Below are positions 9,994 through 18,609 of a DNA stretch of 52,616 nt, in pieces. Under the pieces are notes generated by a model. The model ran no database searches. It was not told where the DNA came from and was given only the letters and a program-made list of their open reading frames with translations. The stretch's first letter is position 1, and the number at the start of each line of letters is the position of its first letter. Position numbers and translations under genes: made by a program. The stretch lies in the IMG/VR virus record IMGVR_UViG_3300020193_000035, positions 1 through 52,616 of that record; one strand, 5' to 3'. Source of the DNA: a virus (taxonomy: Duplodnaviria > Caudoviricetes).

Positions 9994-10151
9994 ACCTAAT
10001 TCAAAGCTAAATAATGCAGCGGTATTATCGCCGTTTTGGTCAGCTCAGGTCTCCATGACAACACCCCTTATTTTGATCACACAGGCATCTTTGGGTCTAT
10101 GTAAACAGCACATCTCTACCGATGGATGTGCAATGATATTGGAGACGATAG

Positions 10152-10445
10152 ATGATGGCTTCGAATACGACGAAATTAGAGAAAGAAAATCTCGAAGCGC
10201 ATGTTGAGCTTTGCGCTGAAAGGTATCTGCGGTTGGAAGAAAAGTTTGAGGCCATGACCAGCAGGCTTGAGGCTGTGGAAGAAAAACTGGAGACCATGAC
10301 TCTCCGTGCTGCCACTGCACACGAAGAACTCAAGAAGATGGTAAGAGAAGGTCAAGAAAGCAAATTCAAAGTCATGGTCACCACAGCTGGATCTGTGATC
10401 GCTGCTCTGTTGGCCACACTGGGTTATTTGATAGCAAAAAAATGA
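10152..10445 (+). CDS. Coiled-coil protein with C-terminal transmembrane helix (holin/XhlA-like)
   Basis: LEAHVELCAERY coiled coil followed by hydrophobic VMVTTAGSVIAALLATLGYLI-AKK. Confidence 0.6.
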   Translation: MMASNTTKLEKENLEAHVELCAERYLRLEEKFEAMTSRLEAVEEKLETMTLRAATAHEELKKMVREGQESKFKVMVTTAGSVIAALLATLGYLIAKK

Positions 10446-10732
10446 GACTGTACGAGCTTTTCGAGGATGAGGAAGAAGAGATCACCGAAGCCAAACTGGT
10501 ATGGGCCAGGCGTGGCAAAAAGGTGGTGCGCAAGGTGCGATGCACATCTGGCAAGCGCAGAGGTCGCGCCGTGGCATCTGCTGCCAGCTGCGGCAAGAGG
10601 ATAGACATGAAAAAGCGTTTCGTGATGAAGCGCACCCAACGACGCTACAAAGCACGCATCAAGATCAAAGCACGACGCACAAAGAAATTCAATCCTGCCA
10701 GTCGCAGGGTGGCCAAGCTCAACAGAAGGTAA
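10442..10732 (+). CDS. Highly basic protein with acidic N-terminal propeptide
   Basis: MRLYELFEDEEEEITEA followed by a K/R-rich body. Confidence 0.8.
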   Translation: MRLYELFEDEEEEITEAKLVWARRGKKVVRKVRCTSGKRRGRAVASAASCGKRIDMKKRFVMKRTQRRYKARIKIKARRTKKFNPASRRVAKLNRR

Positions 10733-10738
10733 CCACAC

Positions 10739-11236
10739 ATGACACACAAGAAAAAGCAGTTGGTTGAAAAACTGTCCCAGGCCGTGGATCGCGCTCAGGA
10801 ACTGCTCGATGAAGATTTTGTCAGTGCCAGCAAGTTCTGTGCTCGTGCGCAGAAAAATGGTCCAGACATGGTGTTTGACAATGGGTTCGTGATCCGTACC
10901 AAACTAGTCACATGGTTGGGCAAGCACAAGAATTTCTACGATGTGTATGATGCCAAGACTGGCGCCAAGCATGGTCAGGACCTGGGACTGTTCATATCAG
11001 CCATGGCCTTGGTCAAGATAAATTCCACCAAGCGTGCCAGACGCTTTCTGGATTCACAACAAATAGTGTCAGCAGACGGGCGTTATCAGCATCATCTTAA
11101 TGATGCAGCCCTGTTCAGCTTGAGGCTGAAAAAGAACAGTATAGATTCGTTCAAACGGGATTTCTACACGATACGCATGGAAGAAGCCATGCTGCAATGC
11201 AAGACAGCCAAGCGCGAATTACTCTCTTTCGTCTGA
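10739..11236 (+). CDS. Hypothetical protein
   Basis: 165-aa ORF in operon. Confidence 0.75.
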   Translation: MTHKKKQLVEKLSQAVDRAQELLDEDFVSASKFCARAQKNGPDMVFDNGFVIRTKLVTWLGKHKNFYDVYDAKTGAKHGQDLGLFISAMALVKINSTKRARRFLDSQQIVSADGRYQHHLNDAALFSLRLKKNSIDSFKRDFYTIRMEEAMLQCKTAKRELLSFV

Positions 11237-11271
11237 GCAATAATAAATATCTCCATAGGAAGGTTATCAAC

Positions 11272-11946
11272 ATGAAATTAAACGATCTCGAAATATCGCA
11301 GCCGCAAAAGAACAACAAGGCCAGACGCTTTCTGGAGAGCCAGCATCGCGTCAAGGTCAATGTTGATGTCAACAAAGCCAACGAACTACTGGCGCGGGTG
11401 CACAAGCTCAAGGAAGAGCAGTTTTACTCCAAAGAAAACTTCCATCTGGATCCAGCATATACCAAGCTGGCCATGTTGGAGCAGTTGCTACGTGAAACAA
11501 CGGAAAATGGTCCTACTGTGATCGCCGAAGAAGACATGGCAGCACCAGCAGTGTCAGGCGAAAGCCTGGAACAAGCCGAATTGATACTGGCTGTGCAAGA
11601 CATGATCGACGATGTCATGGGCATGGCTGAGGACATCGCAGAGATGCAGGTCCAGAAGATGATGCCAGTGACCGCCAAGATGAAAACAGCATATGGTATG
11701 AACAAAGCACAGGCATTTGAAACATCAGCCAATGCAGCATTGTCAGCTGCGCTGGATGCCATGAAAGCATGCCACGATTCTATGACCGATGCCGTGGCCG
11801 TGCTACAGGGTGCAGCACCTGCCACAATGACACCAGAGATCTCCACAGACTCCGAAGACACCACGGATGCTTTGGCTGCTCATGACGCTGCCAGCGGTCC
11901 AGAACAAGAACCACTGGGACGCGGACTCAAAGATGAAGCTATTTGA
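11272..11946 (+). CDS. Acidic helical late protein (possible prohead core/scaffold-type)
   Basis: Late promoter at 11244-11249; AGGAAGG RBS; E/A-rich helices. Confidence 0.65.
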   Translation: MKLNDLEISQPQKNNKARRFLESQHRVKVNVDVNKANELLARVHKLKEEQFYSKENFHLDPAYTKLAMLEQLLRETTENGPTVIAEEDMAAPAVSGESLEQAELILAVQDMIDDVMGMAEDIAEMQVQKMMPVTAKMKTAYGMNKAQAFETSANAALSAALDAMKACHDSMTDAVAVLQGAAPATMTPEISTDSEDTTDALAAHDAASGPEQEPLGRGLKDEAI

Positions 11947-12241
11947 AGTTGATGCGCAGCTGGATGATCTGCGCGATGAGATACAAGGACTGGTGTTAGC
12001 GTCCAAAGCCGCTGGCATGCAAGAGATATCTCCCAATCAGCTGCTGTTTGATCTGCGTCGTTCAGGCAACAAGATTGGTATGGACGAGCTGATGTTGATA
12101 CTGAAAGGTCTTCCGGGGATTGAAACATCCAATCCTAGAATGATAACCATGACCACGACTTCACCAGAAGAAAAGCTCAAGAACAAAGACGACGAGATCA
12201 TATCCAAGATGGCTTCAAAGTCACTAGACAGGAAAATGTAA
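11933..12241 (+). CDS. Hypothetical late protein
   Basis: 102 aa from MKLFEVD; overlaps the upstream stop. Confidence 0.75.
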   Translation: MKLFEVDAQLDDLRDEIQGLVLASKAAGMQEISPNQLLFDLRRSGNKIGMDELMLILKGLPGIETSNPRMITMTTTSPEEKLKNKDDEIISKMASKSLDRKM

Positions 12242-12242
12242 G

Positions 12243-12587
12243 ATGCCTACATATACCCCCATGCTGACAGCAACAGAGTCAAGATCCAAGAGTCGCAACG
12301 ATCGAGTGATCTTTGATGAAATACGAGACATCGAATCTGCTATATTGGATGCTGTCGACGCAGGGAATTATGAAACTACTCTGGACGATACCTTGATGAC
12401 CGATTCCGGTGCTGGCATCGCAGTGGCCAGGCAGTATTATGCCACATGGACAGCAGTGGACCAGGATCGAAAAAGAGCAGTCCAGATGAATTCGGTTATC
12501 GACTATTTTATTGCCATCGGTTACTCGATCGAACGACGTCTCAATTCTGCCACAGGTGACACCTTTATTTGGTATGTGGCCTGGTAA
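12243..12587 (+). CDS. Hypothetical late protein
   Basis: 114-aa ORF in operon. Confidence 0.8.
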   Translation: MPTYTPMLTATESRSKSRNDRVIFDEIRDIESAILDAVDAGNYETTLDDTLMTDSGAGIAVARQYYATWTAVDQDRKRAVQMNSVIDYFIAIGYSIERRLNSATGDTFIWYVAW

Positions 12588-12590
12588 AGG

Positions 12591-12619
12591 TTGACACCTG
12601 TCAAACAATCGCTTATACT
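12591..12619 (+). promoter_or_regulatory. Sigma70-type early promoter, probably giving a leaderless mRNA
   Basis: TTGACA-17nt-TATACT; ATG follows 7 nt after the -10 box. Confidence 0.8.
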
Positions 12620-12626
12620 GTAAGCG

Positions 12627-13298
12627 ATGATCACAATAAATCCTCCTGTAACATATCACCGTTTGGAACGCCTTGATGGCCCTGGTGGCCGCAAGTATCT
12701 CAATCCCAATGGCGGCGAAAAGCTGCCGTCGGTGACCGAGATCCTGAGCAAGACCGGGGACAAGACTGCATTGATCGAGTGGCGCAAGCGAGTAGGCGAT
12801 GCAGAAGCCAATCGCATCTCCAAAGAGAGCACAGGACTGGGCACTTTGGTCCACAAACATGTAGAGAACTTCATACTGGGCGAAGAACGTCCTGCTGGTA
12901 CCAACGAGGTACGTGTGATGGCCAAGGCTCTGGCTGACAGCATCATTGGTCAAGGTCTCATCGAGGTGGATGAGATATGGGCCATGGAACAGCCGCTTTA
13001 TTATCCAGGGCTGTATGCAGGCACAGCAGACTTGATTGGTGTGTTCCGAAGCCAAGCAGCCATCATGGATCACAAGACTTCTAGACTGATCAAGAAAGAA
13101 GAGCGGGTGCAGGATTATTTCATGCAGCTGGCAGCATATGGCCTGGCCCACAACGAAGTGTATGGCACTGACATCAAGTCTGGTGCTATTTTTATGGCTG
13201 CAAGAGACGGAGGCTACAAGACCTTCGTGTTAGAAGGCAACAAATGGCAAGAAGTATGTGATGCTTGGACCCGCCGCGTGGAAGAGTTCTATAGCTAA
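12627..13298 (+). CDS. PD-(D/E)xK exonuclease
   Basis: LPSVTEILS, GTLVH, E...YAGTADL...IMDHKTS, QLAAY. Confidence 0.9.
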   Translation: MITINPPVTYHRLERLDGPGGRKYLNPNGGEKLPSVTEILSKTGDKTALIEWRKRVGDAEANRISKESTGLGTLVHKHVENFILGEERPAGTNEVRVMAKALADSIIGQGLIEVDEIWAMEQPLYYPGLYAGTADLIGVFRSQAAIMDHKTSRLIKKEERVQDYFMQLAAYGLAHNEVYGTDIKSGAIFMAARDGGYKTFVLEGNKWQEVCDAWTRRVEEFYS

Positions 13299-13322
13299 AT
13301 AGCTCTGAGCGAGGTTAAAACG

Positions 13323-13985
13323 ATGACAGATACCCTGATTTCTCGGATACAACTAAGGCGCGGACTCTTAGAAGAGCTGCCTATCCTAAAGGAAGGCGAG
13401 CTAGGTTACGCCACAGACAAGAAAAGGCTTTTTATTGGCAATGCATCTCAGACCATTACGTCTGGCGGTGGATCCACTTACGAGTTGGAATTCCGTATCG
13501 CTCGTCCCAGCCAGATCAAAGTATTCGTAGACAACACGCAGAAAACACCAGGTGTGCATTATACCACTTCAGGCACACAGTTGGTGTTCAATGCTCCAGC
13601 ACCCGTGGCTGGGCAGGTCATCAACATCGGAGTCAACAATGAAATCGTCCTGGACAAGGCTGATGGAATTTTTGACACTTTGCCTATCTTGGCAGCAGTC
13701 AGTGACACTTTTACCGGTATCTTTTTTGATGTCACTGTTTACAATACAGCTATCGTTGATTACAGCCTCAAAGACACATCTGGCAACATGCAGGTAGGAC
13801 AGATACGCATAATATCCAATGGCATAAACATCAGTGTGTCTGACAACAGCAACGCTATAGGATCGCCCACCGTGACCTTTTCAGGAGAGATCGATGGCGA
13901 TGACATATTCCGTCTGAACTATACCAACAGTTCAGCCGCAGCAGGAACCCTTTATTACACGATCAAGCTCTGGTACACACAGTGA
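13323..13985 (+). CDS. Virion tail/baseplate-associated protein
   Basis: N-terminal IQLRRG...LKEGELGYATDKKRLFIG motif shared by tail-fibre/tropism proteins; late promoter at 13296-13301. Confidence 0.7.
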   Translation: MTDTLISRIQLRRGLLEELPILKEGELGYATDKKRLFIGNASQTITSGGGSTYELEFRIARPSQIKVFVDNTQKTPGVHYTTSGTQLVFNAPAPVAGQVINIGVNNEIVLDKADGIFDTLPILAAVSDTFTGIFFDVTVYNTAIVDYSLKDTSGNMQVGQIRIISNGINISVSDNSNAIGSPTVTFSGEIDGDDIFRLNYTNSSAAAGTLYYTIKLWYTQ

Positions 13986-14437
13986 ATTGGGAATCAACAC
14001 CTGAGTCTAGGTTGGTTCTCTGGCGGTCTTTCCGCAAGACACTGGAGGGTCATGATCTACTGGAATCTGCGCAGCGGGTCGCTGAGTGGTGGGCACAAGT
14101 GCCTACGCTGTCTAAAATATCTACTCCATGGGCCACGGATACATGGCCCGATCCTTGGACCCTGCTGGCATTCGGCCCACTGGATCATACCCTGACCAGC
14201 GTGGCCATGGCCTACAGCTTGTGGATGGTGATGCCTCTGGATCAAAGACCCAGGGTCACTCTGGGTGTGCTGAACGACGTCGAAAGACGGCAGATAATAC
14301 TGGTTCCGGTCATAGACAATCGCTGGTTGATCAATTATAATGCAGGACAATTGATCGACATGAGTCGGTTGGATAAAAGAACGGAAATGCTATCGTCCCA
14401 CGCCTACGAGGTCTTTAAGAACCGTATAAAGGCGTAG
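13982..14437 (+). CDS. Conserved phage hypothetical protein
   Basis: 151 aa, WPDPWTLL motif, GTGA coupling. Confidence 0.75.
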   Translation: MNWESTPESRLVLWRSFRKTLEGHDLLESAQRVAEWWAQVPTLSKISTPWATDTWPDPWTLLAFGPLDHTLTSVAMAYSLWMVMPLDQRPRVTLGVLNDVERRQIILVPVIDNRWLINYNAGQLIDMSRLDKRTEMLSSHAYEVFKNRIKA

Positions 14438-14497
14438 ATATAGAAGTGGACTGAGATGTAAATACCTCATCCTCGACAGATTCAATGAGAAGAAAAC

Positions 14498-16801
14498 ATG
14501 ACAGACAAGAATCCAATATACGTGATAAAGAGAGACGGACGCAAAGAGCAGCTGGATATAAACAAGATACACAGGATGGTCGAGGAAGCAGTTGACGGAC
14601 TCAGCGGAGTCAGCGTCAGCCAGGTGGAAATGAATGCAGACCTGCAATTCCATGATGGCATGACCACAGCAGATATCCAAGAAATCCTGGTACGCAGCGC
14701 CAGCGATCTCATCAGCCTAGAAAAACCCAACTATCAATATGTGGCAGCTCGTCTGTTGCTTTACGGACTACGCAAGGAGGTGTTTGGACAATTCAACTAC
14801 ATTTCATTGATCGGACTGGTCAAGCAGAACGCAGCTCGCGGTGTGTATGACAAGAGCATCGTGGAAGCATATTCCATTGACGAATGGGAAACTCTTGATG
14901 ATTATATGAACCATGACAGAGATCTGCACTTTACCTATGCAGGCATGAGGCAGATCGTTGACAAGTATTTGGTACAGGATCGCAGCAATGGCAAGATCTT
15001 TGAAACCCCACAATACATGTATATGTTGATCGCAGCCACTTTGTTCCAGCGATATCCACGCGACAAGCGCATTTCCTATGTCAAGAAGTATTACGATGCC
15101 ATCTCCACTTTCAAGATCAACATCCCTACACCTGTGATGAGCGGGGTCAGGACCCCCATCCGACAATTCGCCAGCTGTGTGTTGGTCGATGTTGATGATA
15201 CACTGAACAGCTTGTTCAACAGCAGCACCGCGATTGGCTACTACATAGCCCAGCGTGCAGGTATTGGGTTGAACATGGGAAGGGTGCGTGCCATTGGCAG
15301 TAAAATCCGAGGAGGTGAAATCGCACATACCGGTGTCATCCCCTTCCTTAAAGTCTACGAAGCAGTGGTACGAAGCTGCACACAAAATGGTGTGCGTGGT
15401 GGATCAGCCACAGTTCATTTCCCAATTTGGCACAAAGAAATCGAAGACATCATCGTGCTCAAGAACAACAAGGGCACAGAAGACAACCGTGTGCGCAAGT
15501 TAGACTATTCGATACAGCTCAGCAAGATATTCTATGAGAGGCTGCTGTCTGGTGGAGATATAACCCTTTTCTCGCCCCACGATGTTCCGGGATTGTATGA
15601 AGCATTTGGCGACAACGAACAGTTTGATGCGCTCTATCTCAAGTATGAAGCTGACAAGAGCACGCCCAAGAAAAGCATCAATGCCATGAAGCTGTTCACA
15701 GAGATCCTGAAGGAACGTGCCGAAACTGGACGCATCTATATCATGAACATAGACCATGTGAACAGCCATAGCAGCTTCCTGGATCCTGTGCGCATGAGCA
15801 ACCTATGCCAAGAGATCACTCTACCAACAGATCCAATCCAGAGCCTGTCGGGCGATGGTGAGATCGCGCTCTGTATCCTGAGTGCTATCAACGTCGGTAC
15901 CTTGAGAAATCTAGATGATTTTGAAAATCTGTGTGATTTGGTTGTTCGTGCTCTGGACGAGATCATCGACTATCAAGGTTATCCTGTAGCAGCAGCAGAG
16001 CGCAGCACCAAAGCACGACGCAGTTTGGGCGTTGGTTATATTGGCCTGGCACACTATCTTGCCCGCCTCAGACTGTTCTATCACAGCCCCGATGCACCAC
16101 AAGCAGTGAACAGGCTCACAGAAGCATTCCAGTATTATCTGCTTCGAGCATCAGTGAACCTGGCCAAGGAAAAAGGACGTTGTGAGTTCTTTGACCGTAC
16201 CAAGTATGCGCAAGGCATTTTGCCTGTTGACACATACAAAAAAGAAGTGGACGAATTTCTTGATTCAAAATTACACTACGATTGGGAAGGATTGCGCAAT
16301 GATATCAAAGAACATGGCCTCCGCCACTCTACGCTTTCAGCACAGATGCCAAGCGAGTCGTCGTCAGTGGTTTCTAATGAAACAAATGGAATCGAACCAC
16401 CGCGAGCTTTCCTTTCAGTCAAGAAATCCAAGAAAGGACCTCTCAAGCAGATCGTCCCCAGCTATCAAGGTTTGAAGAACTACTACACCTTGTTGTGGGA
16501 CATGCCCAGCAACGAAGGCTACTTCAAGGTCATCGCTGCTATGCAGAAGTATTTTGACCAAAGCATCTCAGGCAACTGGAGTTACAATCCCACACAGTAT
16601 CCCAACAACGAAGTGCCCATGAGCGTGTTTGTCAAAGACATGCTGATGACCTACAGGTGGGGATGGAAGACTTCCTACTACCACAACACATACGACATGA
16701 AGAACGACGACAGTGTGGATGATGCACCACCTGCATCATTGGCTGCTGCCGAACCAATCAACAACAGCGACGACGCTGCATGCGATTCATGCACAATTTA
16801 A
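14498..16801 (+). CDS. nrdA: Ribonucleotide reductase class Ia alpha subunit
   Basis: ATP cone VIKRDG, FASCVL, SNLCQEI, TSYY, C-terminal CDSC. Confidence 0.98.
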   Translation: MTDKNPIYVIKRDGRKEQLDINKIHRMVEEAVDGLSGVSVSQVEMNADLQFHDGMTTADIQEILVRSASDLISLEKPNYQYVAARLLLYGLRKEVFGQFNYISLIGLVKQNAARGVYDKSIVEAYSIDEWETLDDYMNHDRDLHFTYAGMRQIVDKYLVQDRSNGKIFETPQYMYMLIAATLFQRYPRDKRISYVKKYYDAISTFKINIPTPVMSGVRTPIRQFASCVLVDVDDTLNSLFNSSTAIGYYIAQRAGIGLNMGRVRAIGSKIRGGEIAHTGVIPFLKVYEAVVRSCTQNGVRGGSATVHFPIWHKEIEDIIVLKNNKGTEDNRVRKLDYSIQLSKIFYERLLSGGDITLFSPHDVPGLYEAFGDNEQFDALYLKYEADKSTPKKSINAMKLFTEILKERAETGRIYIMNIDHVNSHSSFLDPVRMSNLCQEITLPTDPIQSLSGDGEIALCILSAINVGTLRNLDDFENLCDLVVRALDEIIDYQGYPVAAAERSTKARRSLGVGYIGLAHYLARLRLFYHSPDAPQAVNRLTEAFQYYLLRASVNLAKEKGRCEFFDRTKYAQGILPVDTYKKEVDEFLDSKLHYDWEGLRNDIKEHGLRHSTLSAQMPSESSSVVSNETNGIEPPRAFLSVKKSKKGPLKQIVPSYQGLKNYYTLLWDMPSNEGYFKVIAAMQKYFDQSISGNWSYNPTQYPNNEVPMSVFVKDMLMTYRWGWKTSYYHNTYDMKNDDSVDDAPPASLAAAEPINNSDDAACDSCTI

Positions 16802-16831
16802 TAAAATTTTTAATAAAAGAAGAGACGAGAA

Positions 16832-17926
16832 ATGTCCACAATATTCAACCGGAACAAGATCGACTTCACCAAAGAAATGATGTTCTTTGGTGCCGAACCC
16901 AACACACAAAGATATGATGTTTTCAAGTATCCTGTATTCGACAAGCTGACGCAACAGCAGCTGGGTTATTTTTGGCGACCAGAAGAAGTCAGCCTTCAGA
17001 AGGATCGTGGTGATTATCTTGAGTTCCGCGACGAACAGAAGTTTATCTTTACTGCCAATCTCAAATATCAGACACTGCTGGATTCGGTACAAGGTCGCGG
17101 AGTGCTACAGGCGTTTGGTCCCTATTGCAGCCTGCCAGAGCTGGAAAGCTGCATGAATACATGGCAGTTCTTTGAGAACATACATAGTCGATCATACACG
17201 TATATCGTCAAGAATGTGTATAGCAACCCAGCCGAGGTATTTGATACCATCCTGGATGACGAGAAGATCGTTGCACGTGCCAAGAGCGTGACCGAAGCGT
17301 ATGATCGATTCATTGACTATGCCAAGACTTGGAAAGTGACCGGAAAAGGCGATGCCAAGGAACTGCGTCGTTTGTTGTTCCTGGCGTTGATGAATGTCAA
17401 CGCCTTGGAAGGTCTGCGTTTCTATGTCAGCTTTGCTTGTACCTTTGCATTTGGTGAATTGAAGAAGATGGAAGGCTCTGCCAAGATAGTGAGCCTGGTC
17501 GCTAGAGACGAGTCACAGCATCTGGCCATCAGCCAACACATCATCAAGAACTGGCAACGCGGTGACGATCCGCTGATGCTGGAAGTGATGAAAAACTGTG
17601 ACGACGATGTGTATGAGATATATTGCAAGGTCGTGAACGAAGAAAAAGAATGGGCCAATTACCTGTTCAGTCATGGCGCAATCGTAGGCCTCAATGAAAA
17701 ACTGTTGCATGGTTATATCGAATACATGGCCAATCGCCGTTTGCGTGCCATGAACTACAACGAGATATATGAACGCCGATCAGACAATCCTCTGCCTTGG
17801 ACTCAGCATTGGTTGAGCTCCAAAGGCCTACAGACTGCTCCACAGGAAACCGAAATCGAGAGCTACATAGTAGGAGGCATCAAACAAGACATCACCGCAG
17901 ATACATTTGCGGGATTCAAATTATAA
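16832..17926 (+). CDS. nrdB: Ribonucleotide reductase class Ia beta subunit
   Basis: FWRPEEV, ENIHSRSY, EGLRFYVSF, RDESQH, APQETE. Confidence 0.98.
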   Translation: MSTIFNRNKIDFTKEMMFFGAEPNTQRYDVFKYPVFDKLTQQQLGYFWRPEEVSLQKDRGDYLEFRDEQKFIFTANLKYQTLLDSVQGRGVLQAFGPYCSLPELESCMNTWQFFENIHSRSYTYIVKNVYSNPAEVFDTILDDEKIVARAKSVTEAYDRFIDYAKTWKVTGKGDAKELRRLLFLALMNVNALEGLRFYVSFACTFAFGELKKMEGSAKIVSLVARDESQHLAISQHIIKNWQRGDDPLMLEVMKNCDDDVYEIYCKVVNEEKEWANYLFSHGAIVGLNEKLLHGYIEYMANRRLRAMNYNEIYERRSDNPLPWTQHWLSSKGLQTAPQETEIESYIVGGIKQDITADTFAGFKL

Positions 17927-17938
17927 AAGGAGGCATAC

Positions 17939-18205
17939 ATGGAAATCGTCAATCAGGCCAGACCCTTGGTGGAAATATACGGGACCAAGGTTTGTCCATA
18001 CTGTGTTCGTGCCAAGAATCTTGTCGCACGCAAAGAATGGGAACTCAAAGAATACAAGGTGGATGAGCAAGAAACACTCAGAGAAGAAATGCTCCATCGT
18101 GCAGGTCAAGAAGTCAGGACTGTGCCTCAGATATTCGTCAATGGTACCTATGTTGGCGGATACACTGATTTCGTAGAGTTCCTGGACACCACTGAACTGG
18201 TCTGA
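17939..18205 (+). CDS. Glutaredoxin
   Basis: CPYC, TVPQIF, GGYTD. Confidence 0.95.
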   Translation: MEIVNQARPLVEIYGTKVCPYCVRAKNLVARKEWELKEYKVDEQETLREEMLHRAGQEVRTVPQIFVNGTYVGGYTDFVEFLDTTELV

Positions 18206-18226
18206 ATCCTTTTCAGATCTCGCATG

Positions 18227-18256
18227 AAAAGGCCCGTTTTACACGGGCTTTTTTGT
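18227..18256 (+). terminator. Intrinsic terminator
   Basis: AAAAGGCCCGT...ACGGGCTTTTTT. Confidence 0.85.
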
Positions 18257-18285
18257 TGGGTAAATAGTCTATAATGGAGGATTTC

Positions 18286-18597
18286 ATGCTATTGATTAAC
18301 GTAACCAAACCTGGAGACATCGTCAGCTTGAAGTTGGTATCTGGAGACGAAGTGGTAGGTAAATTGGTATCGACAGAAAACGATATCTATACGCTGGACA
18401 AGCCAGTGGTGTTGGCCATGGATCAACAAGGTGCTACCATGGTACCTTACATGCTGACAGCAGACCCCGGTGTGCATCAATTCCAGTTCATCAAGTCTCA
18501 TGTGCTGACTTGTGTGAACACAGCTAAGACGTTGGCCAATCGGTATATACAAGGAACCACAGGCATCATGCCCGCGAATGCTGGCATCCTGAAGTAA
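18286..18597 (+). CDS. Conserved phage protein (Sm-like fold, baseplate-hub neighbourhood)
   Basis: IVSLKLVSGDEVVGK; GGAGG RBS; late promoter at 18261-18266. Confidence 0.7.
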   Translation: MLLINVTKPGDIVSLKLVSGDEVVGKLVSTENDIYTLDKPVVLAMDQQGATMVPYMLTADPGVHQFQFIKSHVLTCVNTAKTLANRYIQGTTGIMPANAGILK

Positions 18598-18609
18598 GAG
18601 GTAACATCG

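Noticed and set aside
12627-13298. Cas4 call for the PD-(D/E)xK nuclease
   Set aside because: It lacks the four-Cys Fe-S motif and any CRISPR context; an ordinary phage exonuclease fits better.
14498-17926. Introns or inteins in nrdA/nrdB
   Set aside because: Both ORFs are continuous and of normal length.
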